NCBI GenBank assembly: GCA_023266935.1
Contig: JAHFOF010000002.1
Coordinates: 4,469 to 68,468 of the forward strand
Source: a bacterium
GTDB lineage: Bacteria > Patescibacteriota > Minisyncoccia > Phycocordibacterales > Zambryskibacteraceae
Reading direction: 5' to 3'
DNA: 64,000 nucleotides
In this document: positions 29,370 to 38,538 of the stretch, piece by piece
Position numbering within the stretch: the stretch's first letter is position 1
How the letters are laid out: each line of letters opens with the position of its first letter
Notes under the pieces: generated by a model
Database searches by the model: none
What the model was told of the DNA's origin: nothing
The model's input: the letters and a program-made list of their open reading frames with translations, nothing else
Program-made: the position numbers and the translations under genes

Positions 29370-29585
29370 TCACAGTGGCCTACGTGAACGTTCGAAAAAC
29401 TTCGGCCAGAGCTCGTTCAGCTCCTTCTCCGAAAGCAGATTGTGCTTGAGTTCGAACATGGCACGCAACATCCGATCGTTCTCCTTACAAACGGAGTGAA
29501 CGATGACTTTCATGTTGATGATGATGAGTAGTTCGAGTATTATGAAACTGTATACAATCAGCGCTGGCACAGACAAGGTCAACAT
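29370..29585 (-). CDS. Hypothetical small protein (71 aa) with an N-terminal TM helix
   Basis: An SD-like GAAGG 5 nt upstream. No recognisable domains. Confidence 0.3.
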   Translation of the reverse strand: MLTLSVPALIVYSFIILELLIIINMKVIVHSVCKENDRMLRAMFELKHNLLSEKELNELWPKFFERSRRPL

Positions 29586-29703
29586 ATCGCCTTCTGGCGA
29601 TGAAGTAGTAGTTCATTCTTACTTAGGGATAGAATACTAAATATATAAAGTCAAGTGTAAATAAATCCTTTGATTGCTAGGTTTTTATTGATACTATTGA
29701 ACA

Positions 29704-31440
29704 ATGCAAGATATTGAAAAAGTACGACACTCACTCGCCCATTTGCTTGCGGCAGCAGTTTTAGAACTTTATCCAGACACTTTAAATACGATCGGCCCAG
29801 CCGTGGACAACGGCTTTTATTATGATTTTGAATTCAAAGAACCACTCAAGGATAGTGATTTGAAAGAGATAGAGAAAAAAATGAAAAAGCTTTCTAACAC
29901 TTGGACAAGCTTTGAGAAAAAAGACGTCTCGACAGATGAAGCAAAAGAAACTTTTAAAAACAACCCGTATAAACTTGAATTGATTGAAGAAATTTTAACC
30001 AAAGGTGAACCTCTCACTCTCTACACATCGGGCAACTTCACCGATCTTTGCCGAGGAGGACATGTGCAGAACATGAAAGATGTTTCTATGGATGCTTTTA
30101 AACTTTCTCGCATTGCTGGTGCTTATTGGCGTGGAGATGAGAAGAACAAAATGCTCACTCGCATTTATGGTTTGGCTTTTAATACTAAAGAAGAATTAGA
30201 TGAATACGAAAAGCTTCAGGAAGAAGCCCGGAAACGCGACCATCGAAAATTGGGTAAAGAATTAGATCTTTTCACTTTCTCTGATTATGTGGGCAGTGGA
30301 CTCCCCCTCTACACTCCACGAGGAGCATTGATCAGAAGACTTTTGAACGAATATGTCGAATCTCTTCAAACCGAAGCCGGATATACTCAAGTCTGGACTC
30401 CGCAGATAGCCAAAGCCTCGCTCTTCAAACAATCAGGTCACTACGAAAAATACAAAGATGACATGTTTCGTGTAGTTTCAAATTATTCTGATGAAGAATT
30501 TTTCTTGAAACCGATGAACTGTCCCCAACATACCCAAATCTATGCAAGCCAAATGAGAAGCTACCGCGACCTCCCTATCCGCTACACCGATTTCGCCATG
30601 TTATACAGAGATGAACAACCAGGACAACTTTCTGGTCTCGCTCGCGTTCGTTCATTCTCTCAAGACGATTGTCATATTTTCTGCAGAGAAGACCAAGTAG
30701 ATAAAGAGATAGATGTCGCTTTGAAAATGACTAAACAAATTCTCGAAACTTTTGGTTTGAAATATAAATATAGACTTTCTACTCGTGATCCAGAGAAAAA
30801 AGATAGCTATCTTGGAGACCCGAAGATTTGGGACAAAGTTGAAGAGTGGGCAGAAAAAATCATGAAGCGAAATAAAATTGAATTCGTGCCCGGACCAGGA
30901 GAAGCCGCTTTCTATGCGCCCAAGATGGACCTCATCGCCACAGATGCCTTGGGTCGAGAATGGCAACTTTCTACCGTGCAGATTGATTATGTGATGCCCG
31001 AAAGGTTTGATCTCACTTATACAGATTCAGACGGCAAACAAAAGCGTCCTGTGATGCTCCACCGAGCCATCATCGGTTCAGCCGAAAGGTTTATGATGAT
31101 TATCCTCGAACATTTTGCTGGCAATCTCCCTCTGTGGCTCTCTCCTATACAAATAAAGGTTATTCCTGTTCGCACAAACCACAATGAATACGCAGAAAAA
31201 ATTGTAAAAATCTTAGAACAAAATGGTGTTCGAGTTGATTTTGATAATAAAGATGAAAACTTGGGTGCAAAAGTTCGAGATGCCAAGAATCAAAAAATTC
31301 CCTATTGGGTAGTCATTGGAGACAAAGAAATTGAATCAAACAAAGTTACCCTTGAATCTCGAGATGCTGGAAACTTGGGACAGATATCCACTGAAGATCT
31401 CGTATCAAAAATCAATAAGGAAATAGAAAATAAAAACTAG
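29704..31440 (+). CDS. thrS: Threonyl-tRNA synthetase lacking the N-terminal TGS domain
   Basis: It begins at the editing/second additional domain with the HxxxH motif (RHSLAHLL). Class II motifs are present (FRDEQPG motif 2 region) along with a C-terminal anticodon-binding domain. Confidence 0.9.
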   Translation: MQDIEKVRHSLAHLLAAAVLELYPDTLNTIGPAVDNGFYYDFEFKEPLKDSDLKEIEKKMKKLSNTWTSFEKKDVSTDEAKETFKNNPYKLELIEEILTKGEPLTLYTSGNFTDLCRGGHVQNMKDVSMDAFKLSRIAGAYWRGDEKNKMLTRIYGLAFNTKEELDEYEKLQEEARKRDHRKLGKELDLFTFSDYVGSGLPLYTPRGALIRRLLNEYVESLQTEAGYTQVWTPQIAKASLFKQSGHYEKYKDDMFRVVSNYSDEEFFLKPMNCPQHTQIYASQMRSYRDLPIRYTDFAMLYRDEQPGQLSGLARVRSFSQDDCHIFCREDQVDKEIDVALKMTKQILETFGLKYKYRLSTRDPEKKDSYLGDPKIWDKVEEWAEKIMKRNKIEFVPGPGEAAFYAPKMDLIATDALGREWQLSTVQIDYVMPERFDLTYTDSDGKQKRPVMLHRAIIGSAERFMMIILEHFAGNLPLWLSPIQIKVIPVRTNHNEYAEKIVKILEQNGVRVDFDNKDENLGAKVRDAKNQKIPYWVVIGDKEIESNKVTLESRDAGNLGQISTEDLVSKINKEIENKN

Positions 31441-31456
31441 CCATCCTTTCGGATCG

Positions 31457-31666
31457 CTAGGTTAAAGCCGACTGATCACCACCCTTGTTGTTTGATTGCT
31501 CTTCGAGAAGACCGTGACTGATATAAAAACTAATCCTAGAAAATGCTGACATCTTGAACGGACACGGTTCACGTCCGCATGTTGTCACAGCACCCTCTGG
31601 GACTGCCCGATGACAAACCCTACAATTTTCTGTCTTCTTCTCGTTCCCGTCCTCCAATCGAGACAT
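31457..31666 (-). CDS. Small Cys4 zinc-ribbon protein (69 aa) immediately downstream of gyrB
   Basis: Ideal SD AAGGAGG-N5-ATG. CxxC-x11-C-x4-C spacing (CRVCHRAVPEGAVTTCGREPC). GC-enriched. Confidence 0.5.
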   Translation of the reverse strand: MSRLEDGNEKKTENCRVCHRAVPEGAVTTCGREPCPFKMSAFSRISFYISHGLLEEQSNNKGGDQSALT

Positions 31667-31717
31667 CTGAACCTCCTTTGGGTGATCCTTCTTTTTAGGA
31701 TACTAAAACACTATGCC

Positions 31718-33784
31718 TTAAACATCAAGTGTTGCTTTCTTTGCGTTACTCTGAATAAATGATTTTCTAGACGGAACATCTGTGCCCATGAGGATATCGA
31801 AGACTTTGTCTGCATCGCGTCCATCTTCTACATTGACCTGTTTCATAATGCGGACTTTTGGATCCATGGTAGTTTCCCAAAGTTCATCTGCATTCATTTC
31901 TCCGAGACCTTTGTAGCGTTGAATAGAAATTTTGGCTTCGCGTTTCTTGGCTCCTTTTGTTTCTTCTCCCTCTTCTTCGATCTCTTCGGATGATTCCTCA
32001 ACTTCAACTATATCTTCGAGGTTTACATCCTTGCCAACTTTTTTGTTTTTTTCTTCATCCGAATATGCATACAAAACTTCTTTGCCTTTTTTGATTTTAT
32101 AAAGCGGAGGTTGAGCGATATAAACAAAGCCCGCATCAATCAGAGGGCGGAAAAATCTATAAAGTAAAGTAAGAAGAAGAGTTCGGATGTGAGCTCCATC
32201 CACATCAGCATCTGTAGCTATAATAATTTTATGATAACGAAGTTTCGAAATATCAAATGTGTCGCCGATCGCAGTGCCGAGTGCAACCACCAAGTTTTTT
32301 ATTTGTTCTGAACCAAGCATTCTGTCCAAACGAGCTCGTTCGATGTTCAATATTTTTCCTCGAAGAGGAAGGATGGCTTGTATTCTCCTGTCACGTCCCA
32401 TTTTCGCTGTACCACCGGCTGAATCTCCTTCCACAATAAATAATTCTGATTCTTCTGCACTCTTTGACTGGCAATCGGCCAATTTACCTGGAAGAGTCAT
32501 CCCTTCCAAAGCTCCTTTGCGTAGAACAGAATCCTTGGCCGCCTTGGCCGCCTTGCGAGCTTTGAGAGCTAGTACTACCTTTTGGATAATCGCCTTGGCA
32601 TCATCTGGATTTTCTTCAAGAAACATGCTGAAAGCATCCCCAAAAATCGTAGTGACCATGCCTTGTGCCTCGACCGAACCAAGCTTGCCTTTGGTCTGAC
32701 CTTCGAATTGAATTTCGCGGAGTTTAATAGATATAACCGCAGTCAAACCTTCTAAGACATCATCTCCAGTAAAGTTGTCTTCCTTTTCACTAACCAAATT
32801 ATTCTTGCGGGCATAAGTGTTTAAAGTTCTCGTGAGAGTCGTTTTGAATCCTGTCACATGAGTTCCCCCTTCAGAGTTATAAATATTGTTCGCAAATGGG
32901 AGAATGCGCGATGAAATATCGTCTACGTATTGTAAGGCTACTTCAACTGTCTCATAATCATTACCGTTCGCTGGTTTTTCCACATAAAAAATATTTTTGT
33001 GTATTGGTTTCTGGAGATGATTCTCAAACCGCACCAAAGACATCAATCCCCCTTCAAAATAAAATGACACCGATGGTGTTTCTAATCCAAGTTCTCGAAT
33101 ATAAAATACTTCTGTATCTTTTATTTTTTCTTCTGCTCTGGCATCAATGATAGAAACGCGCATGCCTTTGACCAAATAGGCTTGCTGTCTAAGGTGGTTG
33201 ACAATTCGTTCATAACTAAAATTTATTTCAGGAAAAATCGATGGGTCTGGTTGGAAAGTAATGATAGAACCGGTGTTCTTTGTTGAACCAACTTTTTTTA
33301 CCGCAGATTTTTTCTTGCCCAAACTGTATTCTTGGGCATAAACACCGCCGTCTCTATGAATTTCAGCTCTACAGTAAACAGAGAGAGCATTCACCACTGA
33401 AGCTCCCACCCCGTGTAAACCTCCGGAAACCTTATATCCTTCTCCACCAAATTTTCCTCCTGCATGGAGTGTGGTCATGATAGTTTCCAGTGCGGAAACT
33501 TTTGTTTGTTTATGAATATCTACGGGGATACCTCGACCATTATCCACAACTCGAATCTTAGAATCAGGTAAAAGGGTAACCTCTATGTCGTTGGCAAAAC
33601 CCCCCATCGCTTCGTCCCGTGAGTTATCGAAAATCTCCCATACAAGGTGATGAAGCCCATCTGGGCCAGTAGTTCCTATATACATCCCAGGACGCTTCCT
33701 GACAGGATCTAGGCCTTCTAGAACCGTGATATCTGCTGCCCCGTAGCTACCTGTTTTCTTCTTTTCTGGACTATCTTTGGCCAT
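31718..33784 (-). CDS. gyrB: Type IIA topoisomerase ATPase subunit, most likely DNA gyrase subunit B
   Basis: GHKL ATPase N-terminus (LHHLVWEIFDNSRDE), TOPRIM EGDSAGG, and C-terminal PLRGKILN. gyrB cannot be distinguished from parE here. Confidence 0.8.
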   Translation of the reverse strand: MAKDSPEKKKTGSYGAADITVLEGLDPVRKRPGMYIGTTGPDGLHHLVWEIFDNSRDEAMGGFANDIEVTLLPDSKIRVVDNGRGIPVDIHKQTKVSALETIMTTLHAGGKFGGEGYKVSGGLHGVGASVVNALSVYCRAEIHRDGGVYAQEYSLGKKKSAVKKVGSTKNTGSIITFQPDPSIFPEINFSYERIVNHLRQQAYLVKGMRVSIIDARAEEKIKDTEVFYIRELGLETPSVSFYFEGGLMSLVRFENHLQKPIHKNIFYVEKPANGNDYETVEVALQYVDDISSRILPFANNIYNSEGGTHVTGFKTTLTRTLNTYARKNNLVSEKEDNFTGDDVLEGLTAVISIKLREIQFEGQTKGKLGSVEAQGMVTTIFGDAFSMFLEENPDDAKAIIQKVVLALKARKAAKAAKDSVLRKGALEGMTLPGKLADCQSKSAEESELFIVEGDSAGGTAKMGRDRRIQAILPLRGKILNIERARLDRMLGSEQIKNLVVALGTAIGDTFDISKLRYHKIIIATDADVDGAHIRTLLLTLLYRFFRPLIDAGFVYIAQPPLYKIKKGKEVLYAYSDEEKNKKVGKDVNLEDIVEVEESSEEIEEEGEETKGAKKREAKISIQRYKGLGEMNADELWETTMDPKVRIMKQVNVEDGRDADKVFDILMGTDVPSRKSFIQSNAKKATLDV

Positions 33785-33845
33785 GTGTTTTATGCCCCTT
33801 ATTATAGCAAATTAGGGTCCAAAATGGAAGCCCTAAAACGGTGAA

Positions 33846-34352
33846 TTAATCTATAAAAATAGCCATTTTTCGCCACTCCTTCTCAAAGGTTTTTATATCA
33901 ACAAATCGAGCATTCCTATCCCTATCATTTGAAGTACTTTCTGGATCATGAAAATAGAATCCCGAGACACTCCCCTCCGCTTCTTCGTAACCAGTAAGCA
34001 CAACCGTATGAAACTTTGTTTGTCCTAAGATAAATTTAATTATAGAAACTATGACAGGACTATTTTTGTCCAAAGAATTTTTTAGAGATTCAATGTTTTC
34101 AATCTTTTCTGCTCGATAAGATTCTAGCCCATATCCTTTGGCTAGATTTACAATCGAATCATGGAACCATCCTGATTTTCCATATCCGCCTTCTGTCTCT
34201 CCCTTTTTAATTAATTCTATTATGGGAACATTTTCTGCCTTGTGTTTAAAACTTAAAATCATTTTTAAACAAGTAGGTAAACAAGCACGGGGCATCCAGA
34301 ATTTATCTTCCACGTCTACAAATTGCGAATAGTATGGAACAGAGAGTTTCAT
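33846..34352 (-). CDS. Peptidase C39-like (PF13529-type) papain-fold cysteine peptidase
   Basis: VPYYSQ start, catalytic Cys context PRACLPTCLKMIL, and a His in HTVVLTGY. Confidence 0.6.
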   Translation of the reverse strand: MKLSVPYYSQFVDVEDKFWMPRACLPTCLKMILSFKHKAENVPIIELIKKGETEGGYGKSGWFHDSIVNLAKGYGLESYRAEKIENIESLKNSLDKNSPVIVSIIKFILGQTKFHTVVLTGYEEAEGSVSGFYFHDPESTSNDRDRNARFVDIKTFEKEWRKMAIFID

Positions 34353-34924
34353 TTGCTTAATTCTTTTATTAAATTATCTTTTTGTTTTAGATCAATTCTA
34401 TTTTCTGGAATTTCCACTACAAACCTTTTTTCTTTTATATTTGCTACTCGGCCATAACCAACTATGTTTTTAAAGGATGGACTCTCATCAAGATTTTCAA
34501 TCAAAACTAGACCTTTATACCATTTTCCTGATGCTTGGATAATCTTTCCGTCATCCAAATACATTCCTACATGGTTCGGGGATTTTTTATCATCACCTTC
34601 ATTATATGAATAAACAAAATCCCCAAATTTTAATTCTTCTTTATTAATAGGTTGGGTAAAGGAAAACTTTTCTATCACCAAACTCGGCATCCACACGCCG
34701 GCAAATGTATATAAATAACTTAAGAGAGACGAGCAACTAAAATAATCTGAGGCATCTTCTCGCATTGAGGTGTTAAATTTATACGGTTTGCCTAAAGTCT
34801 CCTCAATATGAGCCCTGAGTGCTGATTCAACTTCTACGTGTTGATATTTTAGACCACTCTTATTTAATGCTTCTTCATTCGTTTCCTTTTCTGATAACCC
34901 CACTCTGTATATCCAACTATTCAT
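34349..34924 (-). CDS. NlpC/P60-family cell-wall peptidase
   Basis: Catalytic Cys in YFSCSSLLSYLY and His in NHVGMYLDDGKII. The stop overlaps the C39-like start by 4 nt. Confidence 0.65.
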   Translation of the reverse strand: MNSWIYRVGLSEKETNEEALNKSGLKYQHVEVESALRAHIEETLGKPYKFNTSMREDASDYFSCSSLLSYLYTFAGVWMPSLVIEKFSFTQPINKEELKFGDFVYSYNEGDDKKSPNHVGMYLDDGKIIQASGKWYKGLVLIENLDESPSFKNIVGYGRVANIKEKRFVVEIPENRIDLKQKDNLIKELSK

Positions 34925-36072
34925 TAGGCAAGGCGAATTATGCCTCCGAACTCTTCGGTCGTAGATTCTTCAAGTTTAGAATGCAATTCATTTACTTCTG
35001 CATTCGTCAGGGTTTTATCCAAATGTCTATAAGTAATCCTGAAGGTATAGCTAATTTTTCCTTCTCCGAATTTCTCTGCATTTTCGTATTTATCCAAAAG
35101 AGCCACTTCCTCAACCATCGCACCTCCGATGTCTCGAATGTGATCAAAATAGTCATTTAAAATGAAATCTTCTTTCTTCACTACAAATGAGATATCTCTA
35201 ACCACGGGTGGAAATTTGCTAACTTCTTTAAATTTATGTCCCAAGACAAGCTGTTTTTTCACTCGTTCATCGTTCGACCAAAGGAGTCGAATATCTGGAA
35301 GTTCCATACTGACTATGGCCAATCTTTCCAATCCAAAACCGAAGGCCCAACCAGTATATTCATCTGGATTAACTCCAAAGTTTTTCAAAACTTCTTTCCT
35401 GACTATTCCACCGCCCAAAACTTCGACCCATTTTCCATCCTTCTCTATTTCCATTTCTATTGATGGGTCCGTGAATGGAAAAGAATCAACATTGAATCTA
35501 ATTTTTGTTTCTGGCCCAAAAATAGATTTGGCTATATCACTCAAAACACTTTTTAAATCTTCTTCGGTAATAACTTTTTCTGACTTTGGGGCAAGGTACC
35601 AACCATCGAGCTGGTGAAAAACATTCATATGGTGACGGTCTATCTCATCCTTGCGATAAACTTTTCCAAAACTAACTGAACCAACAGATTCACCTCGAGC
35701 AATCTTTTCTTTAACTTCTGGATCCTGTAGATAGTAGTACCACATCACAGTTGTGTGCGTGCGAAGAATATTTTTATCATTTACATAATATGTATCTGAT
35801 TTACTTCGCGCTGGATGGTCGGGAGCGAAGTTAAATAAATCAAAACTTATGTCTGTGGGTACGATTTCTGGTGCTTCGATAATATCTAAATTATTTAAAC
35901 TCGGAAGGTTGATGGCCCTGTCTATCATATCTTTTATAGGACTCCCTTCTAACCTCGAAAGGTCTGGCATGCTTAGATAACGTTTGATGCGCTCACCTTC
36001 TACGTCGTGTCTTTGATCAAGTTCTTTGATCAAACGTTTCTGTTCGTCTAGATTTACGGTGATATTCTTCAT
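34924..36072 (-). CDS. pheS: Phenylalanyl-tRNA synthetase catalytic (alpha-type) domain fused to a C-terminal FDX-ACB anticodon-binding domain, a monomeric mitochondrial-like architecture
   Basis: Class II motifs HPARSKSDTYYV, VYRKDEIDRHHMNVFHQLDG and GFGLERLAIV. A C-terminal ~95 aa segment (DISFVVKKEDF...GKISYTFRITYRHLDKTLTNAEVNE) matches the FDX-ACB fold normally found in PheT and mitochondrial PheRS. Confidence 0.75.
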   Translation of the reverse strand: MKNITVNLDEQKRLIKELDQRHDVEGERIKRYLSMPDLSRLEGSPIKDMIDRAINLPSLNNLDIIEAPEIVPTDISFDLFNFAPDHPARSKSDTYYVNDKNILRTHTTVMWYYYLQDPEVKEKIARGESVGSVSFGKVYRKDEIDRHHMNVFHQLDGWYLAPKSEKVITEEDLKSVLSDIAKSIFGPETKIRFNVDSFPFTDPSIEMEIEKDGKWVEVLGGGIVRKEVLKNFGVNPDEYTGWAFGFGLERLAIVSMELPDIRLLWSNDERVKKQLVLGHKFKEVSKFPPVVRDISFVVKKEDFILNDYFDHIRDIGGAMVEEVALLDKYENAEKFGEGKISYTFRITYRHLDKTLTNAEVNELHSKLEESTTEEFGGIIRLA

Positions 36073-36139
36073 AACTTCTAATTATACAGAAAGCTTGAAA
36101 AAACTGAAATAATGGCTTATAATCTGATTTCTCTTAGAT

Positions 36140-37390
36140 ATGTCGGTTGCCCAATCCCTCATCTTGTATTTCACCCTTTTTGTCTCGCTTTTTTTCGAGA
36201 TTTTCCTTTTAATAACCTATATTGAGACCCGCGAGAAGATAAAATTAGAGAAAGCAGAATGCGACCGTAATACTGATCATTTCCCCACTGTTACTATTAT
36301 CGTCCCTTGTTTTAACGAAGCTCCAACAGTTGAAAAGACCGTTGAATCTCTTTTTAATCTAAATTATCCACAAGACAAACTTTCTCTCTTGCTTATTGAT
36401 GATGGTTCTACAGACGACACCTTGAAAGTTTTAAAAAGATTTGAAAATAATCCTCAAGTAAAAGTTTTTTCTAAAGAAAATGAAGGGAGTAAATACTCTG
36501 CTCTAAATTTTGGATTAACTAAAATAGATAGCGAATTCGTTGGTTGTCTCGATGCAGATTCATTTGTAGGCAGTGAGGCTTTAAAAAGAATTGTGCCATT
36601 TTTTAGAGATTCGAGCATCATGGCAGTCACCCCTTCAATCAGAGTGCACGACCCAAAAACCATACTTCAGTATGTTCAGAAAGTTGAATACAGTTGGGGT
36701 GTTTTCCTTCGTCGAATGCTTTCGGCCATCGGAGCCCTCTATGTCACTCCTGGACCATTCTCTATCTTTAGAACCCAAGTATTTAAAGATTTAGGACACT
36801 ACAAAGAGGGGCACCACACCGAAGATCTGGAGTTAGCTCTGCGTATGCAAAAGCATAGATACAAAATCGTTAACGCTGTTGATGCTTATGTCTTCACCGT
36901 AGCCCCAAGGACTTTAAGGCCACTCCATAAACAACGAGTGCGTTGGACGTATGGATTTTTAAAAAATGCTTATGATTATAAAGAAATGTTTTTAAATAAA
37001 AAGTATGGTAATGTCGGTTTGTTTATTTTGCCCATAGCCACCTTCTCAATATTCTCTTCTCTTTATTTGGCTGGAACTTTTATTTGGAGTAGCGTTGGTA
37101 AAATCACAAATCAAATAGTTAAATATCAAGCCGTGGGCTGGACTTGGCCGTTCACTCATCTTTCTTTTGATTGGTTCTTCATCAACACTGGAGTTTTTTA
37201 TATAGTTTCTACAACCACATTTCTTTTGGCTCTCTTTCTTCTCTTTACCGCCATCCGACTGACCAACGGTAGATTCAAATTTGGTAGAGACATCGTATAT
37301 TACCTTTCGATATACGTTTTCATCGTGCCTTTGTGGTTAGCCAAATCTGTGTATAATATTGTTCTTGATAGAAAAATTAGCTGGAGATAA
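36140..37390 (+). CDS. Processive family 2 glycosyltransferase, membrane-integrated (PgaC/HAS/cellulose-synthase-like)
   Basis: An N-terminal TM helix, GT-A VTIIVPCFNE and DDGSTD motifs, the QRVRWTYG (QxxRW) motif, and C-terminal TM helices. Confidence 0.75.
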   Translation: MSVAQSLILYFTLFVSLFFEIFLLITYIETREKIKLEKAECDRNTDHFPTVTIIVPCFNEAPTVEKTVESLFNLNYPQDKLSLLLIDDGSTDDTLKVLKRFENNPQVKVFSKENEGSKYSALNFGLTKIDSEFVGCLDADSFVGSEALKRIVPFFRDSSIMAVTPSIRVHDPKTILQYVQKVEYSWGVFLRRMLSAIGALYVTPGPFSIFRTQVFKDLGHYKEGHHTEDLELALRMQKHRYKIVNAVDAYVFTVAPRTLRPLHKQRVRWTYGFLKNAYDYKEMFLNKKYGNVGLFILPIATFSIFSSLYLAGTFIWSSVGKITNQIVKYQAVGWTWPFTHLSFDWFFINTGVFYIVSTTTFLLALFLLFTAIRLTNGRFKFGRDIVYYLSIYVFIVPLWLAKSVYNIVLDRKISWR

Positions 37391-38046
37391 TGGATAATAA
37401 AAAATACATCTTTGCGTTTCTCATTACCATAGCCATCTTTGTTGTGGCCATCTTTATGTCAAATTATTTGGGGCAAAAGAAACTCGAGGATGTCCGAGCA
37501 GTAGAAAACCAGCTTTCGCTCGACATCCTTTCGAGTGAGACCCAATCAACTCTCCTAGAAGAAACTTCTTGTAGCGATGTGAAAAACAACTACTTGTCTG
37601 GACAATTAGCAGAATTGGGAGACAAACTTTCTTATGCCGCCAGTCAAAACAGCGCCAATAATGCAGATATAAAAAATCTAAAAGAATATTATTCTCTTTT
37701 GGAAATCAAAGATTATTTGTTAATGAAAAAAATCACAACCAAGTGTGGAAGTCATCCAACCTTTATCCTTTATTTTTATGCAAACACAGACAAATGTCCT
37801 GATTGTGAAAAAACTGGTTTTGTCCTCGACGCTCTAAGACAAAAATACCCTTCGATTAGAATCTACTCCTTCGACTATCAACTAGACCAGGTCGCGGTTA
37901 AGACCCTGATCTCCGTTTATCACTTAAATGGCATCCTCCCAGCCCTTATTATCAACGGAGATCCTTATTATGGTTATCAGAGCTTGGATGAACTGGAAAC
38001 GACTGTTCCAGCCCTTCAGCGCCTCAAATACAGCCTTTCAAACTAA
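37390..38046 (+). CDS. Membrane-anchored protein with a thioredoxin-like CPDC motif, translationally coupled to the GT2 synthase
   Basis: The ATG overlaps the TAA of the upstream gene (ATAATGG). An N-terminal TM helix and the segment FILYFYANTDKCPDCEKT. Confidence 0.45.
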   Translation: MDNKKYIFAFLITIAIFVVAIFMSNYLGQKKLEDVRAVENQLSLDILSSETQSTLLEETSCSDVKNNYLSGQLAELGDKLSYAASQNSANNADIKNLKEYYSLLEIKDYLLMKKITTKCGSHPTFILYFYANTDKCPDCEKTGFVLDALRQKYPSIRIYSFDYQLDQVAVKTLISVYHLNGILPALIINGDPYYGYQSLDELETTVPALQRLKYSLSN

Positions 38047-38048
38047 AC

Positions 38049-38124
38049 TGGAGCCACCTCCCAGATTTGAACTGGGGACCTTCGCTTTACAAAAGCGTTG
38101 CTCTACCAACTGAGCTAAGGTGGC
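38049..38124 (-). tRNA. tRNA-Thr (anticodon UGU) with an encoded CCA
   Basis: The minus strand reads GCCACCTTAGCTCAGTTGGTAGAGCAACGCTTTTGTAAAGCGAAGGTCCCCAGTTCAAATCTGGGAGGTGGCTCCA. It has a 7-bp acceptor stem, D-arm GCTC/GAGC, anticodon loop TTTGTAA, and T-arm CCCAG-TTCAAAT-CTGGG. Confidence 0.85.
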
Positions 38125-38130
38125 GTATTC

Positions 38131-38529
38131 TTACTCTACCAAATCCTTACCATTTTGAGAATCTCCATTTTCTTTATCAGAAAGATTCTTAAAAAATTCT
38201 GATATCCCATCATTCTTTTTATTAAGAATTTTGGTGTTTCGAATATCACCCAAATACTTCTCTATTTTTTCTTTAACCAAAGATTCGGTTTTATAATAAA
38301 CATTCTTTGTATGAAGTGGGAGTTGTTTCTTTATAAGAAAACCGCTTTTTTCTTTTAATTCAGAATAATGCTGAGTAGCAAGGTGTGTGGCCTCTTTAAT
38401 TCTGTGATCGCTTTTAGAAATAAAATTCAAAGGGAAAACAGATTTTTTATGTTTTAATTCAAACATCTTGGTCGCAAGCAACACCACCAAACAAACGCCT
38501 GAGATTGCAAAGATGGTTGTTAGAATCAT
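38131..38529 (-). CDS. Hypothetical membrane-anchored protein (132 aa)
   Basis: An N-terminal TM helix and a Lys-rich soluble part. No recognisable domain. Confidence 0.4.
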   Translation of the reverse strand: MILTTIFAISGVCLVVLLATKMFELKHKKSVFPLNFISKSDHRIKEATHLATQHYSELKEKSGFLIKKQLPLHTKNVYYKTESLVKEKIEKYLGDIRNTKILNKKNDGISEFFKNLSDKENGDSQNGKDLVE

Positions 38530-38538
38530 TTAAGTAGA

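Noticed and set aside
37928-38113. 61-aa plus-strand ORF overlapping tRNA-Thr
   Set aside because: It overlaps a well-formed tRNA gene on the opposite strand and the end of the preceding CDS. There is no SD.
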